From the NCBI RefSeq assembly GCF_000223395.1, contig NC_015931.1, positions 1,530,001 to 1,562,000 on the forward strand: DNA of 32,000 bases, given 5' to 3'. Both the position numbers and the translations under genes were made by a program. This document shows, one piece after another, positions 1 to 7,959 of this stretch (position 1 is the stretch's first letter; every line of letters begins with the position of its first letter). Under the pieces are notes generated by a model, which saw only the letters and a program-made list of their open reading frames with translations, did not search any database and was not told the origin of the DNA. The stretch comes from Pyrolobus fumarii 1A. GTDB taxonomy: Archaea; Thermoproteota; Thermoprotei_A; Sulfolobales; Pyrodictiaceae.

Positions 1-44
1 ATGAAGAAATTGAGGTCAAGAAGAGTCTTCTATAAACGGCTAGA

Positions 45-314
45 TTATTTGCGCCTTCTACGTCTCCTCTTCTCGCTTTCTGGTACAGCTATTCCCTCGA
101 GAGCAGTTCTAGCCTCCGTTTCGCTAAGCTCGCCTCTCGCGAGCTTTTCTAGTACGTTGAGGCGGTCTAGCATAGCCTCCAACAGTAGTACGTTTACGCT
201 GATTTCTTCCGCTTCTCCCTCCTCTCCTTCCTCGCCCTCAGTAGTTAGCGTCTCGCTGGTCTCTTCACTAAGTGTAGCTTCGCCATACTCCTCTTCGAGG
301 ACCATTGCTCTCAC
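45..314 (-). CDS. hypothetical small acidic protein (Glu-rich, C-terminal RRRRRRK tail)
   Basis: The 89-aa minus ORF has a thermophile-like E/L/R composition and helical heptad-like stretches. The overlapping plus ORF 1..324 is Ser/Leu low-complexity and looks like an antisense shadow. No family recognised. Confidence 0.4.
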   Translation of the reverse strand: MRAMVLEEEYGEATLSEETSETLTTEGEEGEEGEAEEISVNVLLLEAMLDRLNVLEKLARGELSETEARTALEGIAVPESEKRRRRRRK

Positions 315-387
315 CGTCTTTTAGGTCGGCGCGTATGTTGCCTGGTAATGCGGGTATGTAAAGCATTACCTCTCTACCCGGTAACTC

Positions 388-395
388 GATATAAG
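388..395 (+). promoter_or_regulatory. TATA-like box upstream of helicase gene
   Basis: GATATAAG lies about 35 nt upstream of the GTG start at 428 in a divergent intergenic region. Spacing fits a short-leader archaeal promoter. Sequence pattern only. Confidence 0.25.
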
Positions 396-427
396 CTTCT
401 TGGTGTGTCTTTCACACGTCGGGTATA

Positions 428-3262
428 GTGGCTGTGGGAGATACCAAGGGCTGTCCTAGTGGAGCCTTTGCTCTCCTTCATCCCAGGTTAAAGGAAGCCC
501 TAGTGAAGCATGGGTATTGTGAACCTACGCCAGTGCAAGAAAGAGCCATTCCAGTATTGTTAAGGGGTGTTAACGCCTTAGTCATGGCGCCAACAGGATC
601 GGGGAAGACTGAGGCGGCACTGTTACCATTAGCTTCCCGTGTTATGGGGAGGGGTGGCGACGGTATCAAGATACTCTATGTTACTCCTTTGCGTAGCCTT
701 AACCGTGACATATTCCTGCGTATAGTGAAGTTGTTGGAGACAGCTGGTCTTCGGGTGTTTGTCAGGCACGGGGACTCCACGAGTAGTGAAAGGAGGCTAT
801 TCTTGCAGGAGCCGTTTGACGTGGTCATAATAACGCCTGAGACGCTAGAGTATCTGCTATCCTCGTCAAAGCGGTTCCGAGAATATCTGGCGAGCTTGCA
901 AGCGGTGATCATAGACGAGGTTCATGAACTACTCGATAGCAAGAGGGGTGCTGAGCTTAGCGTAGTCTTAGAGAGGTTGGAGAGGATCTCGAGGTTTCGG
1001 GTTCAGAGGGTTGGGTTGTCGGCAACTGTAGGCGATCCCATGTTGGCAGCTAGGTTTGTGGCTGGTGTGGGACGGTATGTGGAGATAATTGAGGACCCGT
1101 CTGCTAAGAGGTATGAGATTATCGTTGAGACTGTAAAACCGGGTTCAAGTGATAATCTTGAGGCTGTTAGACTGGGGGTCGAGCCGGACACTGTTGCTAG
1201 GTTGCGAAGGATAGTAGAGTATAGTGAGCGTTATCGGCACGTCCTGGTGTTCACTAATACTCGTGATACGGCAGAGATGTTGTCTAAACTGTTATCGTTG
1301 CTTGTCGGCGATGATAAGGTGCGTGTGCACCATGGTAGTCTGAGTAGAGAGGAGAGACTTGAGGCGGAGAAACTCTTCCGTGAGGGTAAGCTGCCGATCC
1401 TTGTTGCGACCTCGAGCCTCGAGCTTGGCATAGACATCGGTCATGTCGAGTTTGTAGTCCAGTATCTATCTCCGAGGCAAGCGTCGAAGCTTGTGCAAAG
1501 GGTTGGTCGTAGTGGTCATAGGCTTGGTAGAGTATCGAGAGGCGTAGTGCTGACGCTGTCCAACTTCTACGATGTGCTAGAGTCGATGGTGCTTGCCGCT
1601 CGTGGTATGAGGGGTGATATTGAGGAGCCCAGACCCTACGAGAAGCCTCTAGACGTGCTCGTGCACGAAATAGCCGGTATGGTTGACGAGAGGGGCTCTA
1701 TTACGATAGACGAGGTTTACGATATAGTTACTCGTTCGTGGCCCTTCCGTGACCTTACGTGGGACGAGCTTCTCGAGGTTATCGGGTTAATGGAATCTGC
1801 GAGGATATTGCGAAGAGATGGGAATGTTCTGCGCCCAGGTAGGAGGCTCAAAAGCTACCATTACAGTGTTACGATGATACCTGACGTCAAGCAGTATGTG
1901 GTTATCGAGCAGGGTAGTGGGCGGCGTGTAGGCGTGCTAGATGAGGTGTTTGTTGCCGACTTGTCGCCTGGAAAGCAGTTTGTCCTTGCTGGCAAGATAT
2001 GGGAGGTTCTCGATATAGGCGAGTCTAGAGTGCTGGTGAGGAAGGTTGACGAGGGTAGCCTTGTCCTCCCAGCCTGGGAGGGCGACCTAATACCCGTAGA
2101 GTGGAAAGCGGCACGCGAAGCTGGAGCATTGCTCAGACGGCTTGCGAACAACGATAGCGGATTACACGACTCCTATCCCGCTACGAGTAGCTCTTGGGTA
2201 TTGTTGGAGAGTGTTGTCCGAGAGCACAAGTCTAGGGGTTACCCGGTGCCTAGCGATAGGCTAGTTCTTGTCGAGGTTTATCGGGACATACTTGCGCTCC
2301 TAGGATTCTTTGGTACTAGGCTTGCAAAGACACTGGAGTTCCTAGTCTCGACACTCGTAGCTGAGATGGTGGGATACACGCCTAGAAGCGCAAGTAACGC
2401 GTATGCGGTCGTGTTGCAGCTTAACTCGCAGCCTAGCCCCCTCCTCGTAGAGACACTTACAAAGCTGCTAAAACGTATATCTCTAGACGAGGCTAAGGTG
2501 CTCGTTGAGCGGGCCGCTAAACGCTCTAACCTCTTCATGTGGAAGCTGTACCATGTAGCTGTGCGTATGGGGCTAGTCGAGAAGGGAGCCAAGCCAGAAA
2601 GGAGGCTTCTAGAGTCTCTCGCGGATACACTAGCGGGTGTAGAGGCGCTACGCGAACTCGAGCATGATAAGCTAGACTTTGAGGCTCTCGAAAGACTGCT
2701 TAAGGATATCAGAGACGGGCGCGTGCGATTGAAGATAGTCTACTCTGTTGAGCCGAGCCCTCTGCTCCAGCATGCAATCAGTGTGGCTTCGTCGGGCGAC
2801 CGTGTCAGAGATTCTACAATACCATCCTCTGTTCTTGCCAGTGTGTTGAGGAAGAGGCTTGACGAGAAGAAGGTGAGACTAGTGTGTCTGCGTTGCGGGG
2901 AGGTGTTTGAGGAGAGAATAGGTAGTCTTGACGAGAAGCCAAAATGCCCGAAATGTAATGCAGGCTTCATCGCTCCAACCAGTTTATCGTCGGGAGAGGC
3001 TCGTAGGCTGGTAGATGCTGCGAGGAAGGGTGTTAGGCTGAAAGGCGAGGATGCTAAGAGGCTTCGAGAGCTGCGTGAGGCGGCGGACCTAGTGCTAACC
3101 TTTGGCAAGTATGCGCTATACGCACTGTCTGTTAGGGGTGTGGGGCCTAAGACCGCTAGGAGGGTTCTATCGCAGCTAGCTTATGGCGAGGAAGCTTTCT
3201 TCAAGGCGCTTGTGGAGGCTGAGCAAAGGTACCTGAAAACAAGGAGGTATTGGAGAGGGTGA
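428..3262 (+). CDS. lhr: Lhr-type (large helicase-related) superfamily-2 ATP-dependent helicase with C-terminal zinc ribbon and helix-hairpin-helix
   Basis: Walker A is MAPTGSGKTEAALLP and the DExH box is IIDEVHEL. Motif ATSSLELGIDIG and QRVGRSGH are typical of Lhr-core helicases. The long C-terminal extension carries CLRCG...CPKCN and GVGPKTARRVL (HhH-like). GTG start. Confidence 0.85.
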   Translation: MAVGDTKGCPSGAFALLHPRLKEALVKHGYCEPTPVQERAIPVLLRGVNALVMAPTGSGKTEAALLPLASRVMGRGGDGIKILYVTPLRSLNRDIFLRIVKLLETAGLRVFVRHGDSTSSERRLFLQEPFDVVIITPETLEYLLSSSKRFREYLASLQAVIIDEVHELLDSKRGAELSVVLERLERISRFRVQRVGLSATVGDPMLAARFVAGVGRYVEIIEDPSAKRYEIIVETVKPGSSDNLEAVRLGVEPDTVARLRRIVEYSERYRHVLVFTNTRDTAEMLSKLLSLLVGDDKVRVHHGSLSREERLEAEKLFREGKLPILVATSSLELGIDIGHVEFVVQYLSPRQASKLVQRVGRSGHRLGRVSRGVVLTLSNFYDVLESMVLAARGMRGDIEEPRPYEKPLDVLVHEIAGMVDERGSITIDEVYDIVTRSWPFRDLTWDELLEVIGLMESARILRRDGNVLRPGRRLKSYHYSVTMIPDVKQYVVIEQGSGRRVGVLDEVFVADLSPGKQFVLAGKIWEVLDIGESRVLVRKVDEGSLVLPAWEGDLIPVEWKAAREAGALLRRLANNDSGLHDSYPATSSSWVLLESVVREHKSRGYPVPSDRLVLVEVYRDILALLGFFGTRLAKTLEFLVSTLVAEMVGYTPRSASNAYAVVLQLNSQPSPLLVETLTKLLKRISLDEAKVLVERAAKRSNLFMWKLYHVAVRMGLVEKGAKPERRLLESLADTLAGVEALRELEHDKLDFEALERLLKDIRDGRVRLKIVYSVEPSPLLQHAISVASSGDRVRDSTIPSSVLASVLRKRLDEKKVRLVCLRCGEVFEERIGSLDEKPKCPKCNAGFIAPTSLSSGEARRLVDAARKGVRLKGEDAKRLRELREAADLVLTFGKYALYALSVRGVGPKTARRVLSQLAYGEEAFFKALVEAEQRYLKTRRYWRG

Positions 3263-3270
3263 GGGATGCG

Positions 3271-5328
3271 TCACTCTTCCTCCTCTGGTTCTCCTGGGAA
3301 CCAGAAGGTATCTACGGGCTTTACCTCCTTGCTCGGCTCCTCTATACCCATTAGCTTCTTCGCGGTTGCTATCGTATCCTCTATCTTTCGTTTTGTTGGT
3401 CTCCTCCAGGGTGTCGGATCGTTTCTCACGAGTGGCAACACTATATGCTCGAAGTAGACCTCAGCCAGGGGGCACGTGTCTATACAGATCCTGCACGAGA
3501 CACACTTCTCCGGATTCGTCACCGGATAACCACTGGATACGCTGATAGCGCCCGTTGGGCATGTAGCCTCGCACGCGGCGCAACCAGCACAGAAGGTGCC
3601 CCTATACGCTAGCTTTAGAGCGTCATAGGCTTCCTCGTGAAGCTTCTCTCCCCTCATACCTAGGCTCTCGGCGACGAACCTACGTCCATCGAACGATATC
3701 CTCCATGCATCGCTCTTTTCGAGCACAACAGTGTCGTCCCTCTTCTCAACTCTAGTCGCGCCTAGGATTGATGCCTGCTCTACCAACGCGTCTCTACGGA
3801 GGGGTGAGTCTAGCTCTATCAGTACCATGTCATCCCTATGCTCGACGCGTATGGGTCTAGGCGTTGCCCACCGCTCTAACTTTGGCCTCCATTCGTAGGT
3901 CGAAAGGTCTACTCCACCCTTTCTCGCAAGCCGCTCTTTCTGCGTTGCAGGTGCGTTCCATCTCCAAAGGCCTAGTGTCACCCACTTCTCGGGCATGCCT
4001 AGGCGTCTTCTCCACTCCTCAAGTATCTCGGCCCAACGCTTCCATAGCTCCGGGTGAGTCTCCTCTACTATGCTGAGCTCTGCCATGGTGCTAGCTGGGC
4101 ACATGAAGCAGCCTATACGATCGAAGCCCTTATCGTACAACTTGTTATATGGTAGCTTGTGCTTAGCTATGTACAACCAGATGTGCATTTGTGTCCACTC
4201 TTGTATGGGTGATATCGCTAGAAGCTGTGGAACCCATCGATTCCTCCAAACCCTAGGGGATCTCGCACGATCGAAACTCTCGAAGCCTCTCTGTCCTACA
4301 ACGTTCAACGCCCCATCGGGCCATACCTTCCTCGCTGTGCGAGATAGAGGAGCTAGCTTGCATATCTTACAACACCAGCGGTAGTCGCGGCCAGGCGGCC
4401 CGAAGTATCTAACAGCCCTCCAGAAGCGGTCGCCCGCGCTAGCCTCGACGAGCTCCAGACCCCATCGCTCTGCGGCTTCTCTCACAGCTTCGATTGTCTC
4501 TGGCAGCTCGATGCCAGTATTGTTGAATAGGAGTTTGGGCTCTAGGCCTGTCGAGAGCGTTAAGTGTAGTGCTACGAGGCTATCCTTTCCACCAGAGTAG
4601 GATACTACTAGAGGCTTACCAACCTTCTCGTACATCACGTGTATAAAGGCGTGTGCTTTTGAACTCCTAACGTACAGCTCGTACTCATTAGCTTTGAGTA
4701 CATCCTCGATAGTTGCCCTGGTGTCAGTGTTGAGAGGCTCTCTTTCTCCGCCGAAACGCGTCTGTAGCATAACTCTGCCGCGTCTGACATAGCCTATGCC
4801 CACGGGCTCGCCATTCGCGTCCAGGATTACGACCTGCTCGTTCTCTCTCATGCTATGGCCTGCTGGTATGTCAAAACTTGGGCCTAGCCTCTCGCCAGGC
4901 TTGAGCCTAATGGTAGCTACTATGCCCTCCTCGACGGCTATCCTCGCGGTCCATTTTGAGAGTCTAAATCTCCATCTTCTCTCCACAGGATCGTAGTAGA
5001 ATTTGCCAGCGTGGCCTCCGCCCAGTATCACCTCCTTCATCTCATCCATATGTGGTATCTTGTTGGTTGCAAACGCACGCCCCTCGAATATCTTCGAATA
5101 CAGGCGTTGACCTGCCTCTCTACCAAACTCTTCGACCAAAGCGCGTCGTAGCTTCGTCTCCTCGCCCGCAAACCAGGGCTTAGCATCGCCAGGCTCAGTT
5201 AGCCTCACTGGTATGCCTCTCCCGCCGCATTTGCTACATTCCGGTCCGAGTAGCGGCACGTTGCAATTAGGGCACCACCATAGCTTGCCACGGATGGGCC
5301 ACTTCTTTGCGAGCCTTGCGCTGGGCAT
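3271..5328 (-). CDS. PAPS-reductase-family PP-loop protein fused to N-terminal zinc ribbon/PUA-like region and C-terminal 2x[4Fe-4S] ferredoxin domain
   Basis: N-terminus has WWCPNCNVPLLGPECSKCGG. The PP-loop is VVSYSGGKDSLVALHL. The C-terminus has CAGCAACEATCP and CVSCRICIDTCP ferredoxin motifs. The antisense ORFs inside it are shadows. Confidence 0.8.
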   Translation of the reverse strand: MPSARLAKKWPIRGKLWWCPNCNVPLLGPECSKCGGRGIPVRLTEPGDAKPWFAGEETKLRRALVEEFGREAGQRLYSKIFEGRAFATNKIPHMDEMKEVILGGGHAGKFYYDPVERRWRFRLSKWTARIAVEEGIVATIRLKPGERLGPSFDIPAGHSMRENEQVVILDANGEPVGIGYVRRGRVMLQTRFGGEREPLNTDTRATIEDVLKANEYELYVRSSKAHAFIHVMYEKVGKPLVVSYSGGKDSLVALHLTLSTGLEPKLLFNNTGIELPETIEAVREAAERWGLELVEASAGDRFWRAVRYFGPPGRDYRWCCKICKLAPLSRTARKVWPDGALNVVGQRGFESFDRARSPRVWRNRWVPQLLAISPIQEWTQMHIWLYIAKHKLPYNKLYDKGFDRIGCFMCPASTMAELSIVEETHPELWKRWAEILEEWRRRLGMPEKWVTLGLWRWNAPATQKERLARKGGVDLSTYEWRPKLERWATPRPIRVEHRDDMVLIELDSPLRRDALVEQASILGATRVEKRDDTVVLEKSDAWRISFDGRRFVAESLGMRGEKLHEEAYDALKLAYRGTFCAGCAACEATCPTGAISVSSGYPVTNPEKCVSCRICIDTCPLAEVYFEHIVLPLVRNDPTPWRRPTKRKIEDTIATAKKLMGIEEPSKEVKPVDTFWFPGEPEEEE

Positions 5329-5405
5329 ACCTTATCCTGGTCTAGTGCACAGGGCGGTTAGCCTCCCTTAAACAATGTGAATGCGCGAATAGCGGATGGA
5401 GGAGC

Positions 5406-6113
5406 TCACCACAACGGGCCGAACACTAGACGCTCCCAGGTACCGCGCTTAGCCTCATACTCGTCACGACTAGCCACAATTCTTGCGGGAACGCCCGCCA
5501 CAACAACCCCCGGTGGCACGTCGCGCGCTACTACGGCGCCTGCTGCAACAACAGCCCTCTTTCCAATCCTAACCCCAGGAGTCACTACGGCACCAGCCCC
5601 AACAACAGCGCCCTCCTCAACAACCACACCGATTAGTCTACGGCTTGGCGGGTAACGATCGTTAGTAAAGACAGCACCAGGCCCGATGAAGACATTGTCG
5701 TGTACAACTGTGCCAGGCGGCAGATAGACACCAGACTGTATAGACACCCGCCTACCAACATACACGTGGCTATCCAGGATTACACGCGTACCTATAACAG
5801 ACTCGTCTCGAACAACACAACCCTCCCTAACCACAACATGATGGCCTATCCTGACTCTCCGCCCTATACTCACAGCCTCATAGATAACACTGTGGCTCCC
5901 TACGCGCGACCCAGCACCTATACGAGTACCTACGCCACGCGACCCCCAGTCAATGCCGCCCCGCCATCCAGAGGCAGCCCCCACTACAGCATAATCGCCT
6001 ATGACCACCTCCTCTTCGACGATAGTAGGGCCTAGGATTGCAGCCCCTCGCCCAACGACCACTGACGAGTGTACAACTGCCTCGGGGGATACACGCCCAA
6101 GCCAGGCCGCCAT
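5406..6113 (-). CDS. hexapeptide-repeat (left-handed beta-helix) acyl/acetyltransferase, sugar N-acetyltransferase-like
   Basis: Long series of [LIV]-G-x-x-x-x hexads, for example VRIGHHVVVREGCVVRDESVIGTRVILDSHVYVGRRVSIQSGVYL. FTNDRYPP and a GVPARIV tail are typical of LbH transferases. The start is uncertain: ATG 6113 or GTG 6062, and both overlap the upstream gene end. Confidence 0.8.
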   Translation of the reverse strand: MAAWLGRVSPEAVVHSSVVVGRGAAILGPTIVEEEVVIGDYAVVGAASGWRGGIDWGSRGVGTRIGAGSRVGSHSVIYEAVSIGRRVRIGHHVVVREGCVVRDESVIGTRVILDSHVYVGRRVSIQSGVYLPPGTVVHDNVFIGPGAVFTNDRYPPSRRLIGVVVEEGAVVGAGAVVTPGVRIGKRAVVAAGAVVARDVPPGVVVAGVPARIVASRDEYEAKRGTWERLVFGPLW

Positions 6114-6703
6114 ACCCTCCCGGGCCTCGCTCCAACCTCCCTCGAGGCTAGTAAAACGGCCTTAGCTAGAGCCTCCTCGCGGCTCCTCGCATGCTCCCAC
6201 ACACCGCCAGTCCAGCTGACAAACCTCGATATCCACTCCACGTCAGCCGCTATGAGATCAGCTCTCGACACCGTCAGGAAGTCGATAACAACCCCTATGC
6301 TCCTCGCGAAGAACGCTATAGGTTCTGGTGGAGGCCCTAGTCTAAACCCACCGCTAGTGAATACTAGTGTGCGAGTAGCGTAGCCCGGTGGCGCCGAGAG
6401 GAGCAGATAACAAGCCTCTCTAATCGCCTCGGAGAGCGCAACCCCCCTCTCAGCAATACTCAAAGAGTTCAACGCGCTCCTAACGAGGCTATAATCGCGA
6501 GTGAAGTATAGCAAAGGTACGGGCCTCCTATAAAACGCTAGTAGAGCAACCCAGCCGCCGCGTTCCAGCAGTTTGCGGGCAGCTGTTGCAGCGGCTTCCC
6601 TTAGAACCTCAAACCTGGACGGCTTAACATCATCGCTAGACGTTAACGCGTTGACATCAATAGCTATTACGGCATAAACGCCCAAGCTTCTCAAGCTGCT
6701 CAC
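6032..6703 (-). CDS. vWA-fold protein with degenerate MIDAS motif
   Basis: The pattern matches the von Willebrand A layout: VYAVIAIDVNALTS replaces DxSxS, then SRFEVLREAAATAARKLL, WVALLAFYRRP, ERGVALSEAIREA, RTLVFTSGG (TDG-like), IGVVIDFLTV and WTGGVWEHA. The GTG start overlaps the upstream stop (GTGA). Confidence 0.55.
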   Translation of the reverse strand: MSSLRSLGVYAVIAIDVNALTSSDDVKPSRFEVLREAAATAARKLLERGGWVALLAFYRRPVPLLYFTRDYSLVRSALNSLSIAERGVALSEAIREACYLLLSAPPGYATRTLVFTSGGFRLGPPPEPIAFFARSIGVVIDFLTVSRADLIAADVEWISRFVSWTGGVWEHARSREEALAKAVLLASREVGARPGRVWRPGLGVYPPRQLYTRQWSLGEGLQS

Positions 6704-7386
6704 CCCATCCTTGGAACCGGGAATGGTAGAAGCTCGAACCTAGGCCTCCATACACTCTCGTCAACCAAGCGTAGCAATGCATAGCAACACACGACTCTCT
6801 TCACGCCAGCACCTCCAGAACGAGCCCCAAGCCTAGGATCACACGCAGCAAGAATACCATGTTTCGCGGCAAGAGCGAGCACAGCAGCCTCCTCTAGCGT
6901 GACACCAAGCTTCCTGACCAGGCTCCTAACACCAGCGATCCGCTCAAACCTAACATCTAGATGCACGCCTATCAGAGCCTCGACACGTCGGACAATAGGT
7001 TCAAGCTCCACTGGCAAAACCAACCGGCTAGACAAGTGCTCAAGCACGCCAAGCCTCCCAAGAACCTCGACGCCAATAGGATCGATTACATAGAGGCTAG
7101 TAGGTGGTGGTGCAGGAGCCTCACGGCAGCCAATCTCAGGTGCCACGCCGGACGCTAGCATAAATGATAGAAACTCTTCGAAACCAACACCGGATATGCG
7201 GAGCGCACGCCATAATGTCGAGCCCCGTTGATAAGCCCGAAGACCAACGAGTCTCATATCAATAGTTTCAAGCAGCCTTCTAAGCGCGTCGCGTACAACC
7301 TCAGCTTTTGACGAATAGATGCCGCTTTCAACCAGCGCATCCATAATTTCGTCGAAGTACTCTCCCACTTCGACACACGTGGGCAT
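6700..7386 (-). CDS. fusion protein: ribbon-helix-helix (CopG-like) + UPF0175-like antitoxin segment + PIN-like (DUF3368-type) domain
   Basis: RHH signature is VEVGEYFDEIMDALVESGIYSSKAEVVRDALRRLL. The UPF0175-like stretch is LRAYQRGSTLWRALRISGVGFEEFLSFMLASGV. The PIN-like stretch is LYVIDPIGVEVLGRLGVLEHL...LEEAAVLALAAKHGILAACDPRL...GVKRVV. I place the start at Met13 of the listed ORF because its ATG overlaps the upstream TAA (TAATG at 7384-7388). Confidence 0.6.
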   Translation of the reverse strand: MPTCVEVGEYFDEIMDALVESGIYSSKAEVVRDALRRLLETIDMRLVGLRAYQRGSTLWRALRISGVGFEEFLSFMLASGVAPEIGCREAPAPPPTSLYVIDPIGVEVLGRLGVLEHLSSRLVLPVELEPIVRRVEALIGVHLDVRFERIAGVRSLVRKLGVTLEEAAVLALAAKHGILAACDPRLGARSGGAGVKRVVCCYALLRLVDESVWRPRFELLPFPVPRMG

Positions 7387-7898
7387 TACGCGACACCCAG
7401 GAACCTCTCTACCTCCTCCCAAGAACTAGTCACAAGATCAAACCCGTGCCGTTGAAGCGTACGGGCTACACGCTCAGAGTAGCCAGCAACGCAATAGAAG
7501 ACACGTTTTCTAAACACGGTAGGCATGACGAACCATTTTGAACAAGGCCCCCTGCAGCAACCAACAACTACAAGCACAGACCCACCATACAACAACCTCA
7601 ACGTATCAACGATAGCCTGATCCCAGCAGCCTCTCCCACCGACAATACCGAGATACTCGACAGACTCACTGCATGTGGCACTGGACCCAAGACACAATGG
7701 AATCAAGCCACCAGACCACCATATGCCGACCAGAACAACTCCTAACGTTGAACTCGTTAGTCTGGTAACGGCCTCCTTGCCAGCCTCGAACCTACCGCCA
7801 CGCTCCATACAACTGCCACCATCTATCAGGATAACAACGTGCTCCAATGTTGACACCCTGGAATCCCCTGGGGGATTCAGAGGCAGGTAGTACACCAT
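7386..7898 (-). CDS. small vWA-like protein with degenerate MIDAS motif
   Basis: HVVILIDGGSCME sits at the position of DxSxS. The alternating beta/alpha pattern is VVLVGIWWSGG, GGRGCWDQAIVDTLRLL, SVLVVVGCC, RVFYCVAGYSERVARTLQRHGFDLV. Weak, motif-level call only. Confidence 0.45.
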   Translation of the reverse strand: MVYYLPLNPPGDSRVSTLEHVVILIDGGSCMERGGRFEAGKEAVTRLTSSTLGVVLVGIWWSGGLIPLCLGSSATCSESVEYLGIVGGRGCWDQAIVDTLRLLYGGSVLVVVGCCRGPCSKWFVMPTVFRKRVFYCVAGYSERVARTLQRHGFDLVTSSWEEVERFLGVA

Positions 7899-7959
7899 AG
7901 AAAAGAGTCTTAACCGCGGCTATGCCGCCATCCAACACAGCCAAGTGAGGTCGGGGTGC

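Noticed and set aside
1-324. 107-aa plus-strand ORF at the window start
   Set aside because: It has a Ser/Leu/Pro low-complexity composition typical of an antisense shadow. The overlapping minus ORF (45..314) has a more protein-like, Glu-rich composition.
5377-6035. Plus-strand ORFs 5377..5655 and 5700..6035
   Set aside because: They are antisense to the hexapeptide-repeat transferase. Thr/Pro/Ala-rich sequence arises from the reverse complement of the Gly/Val repeats.
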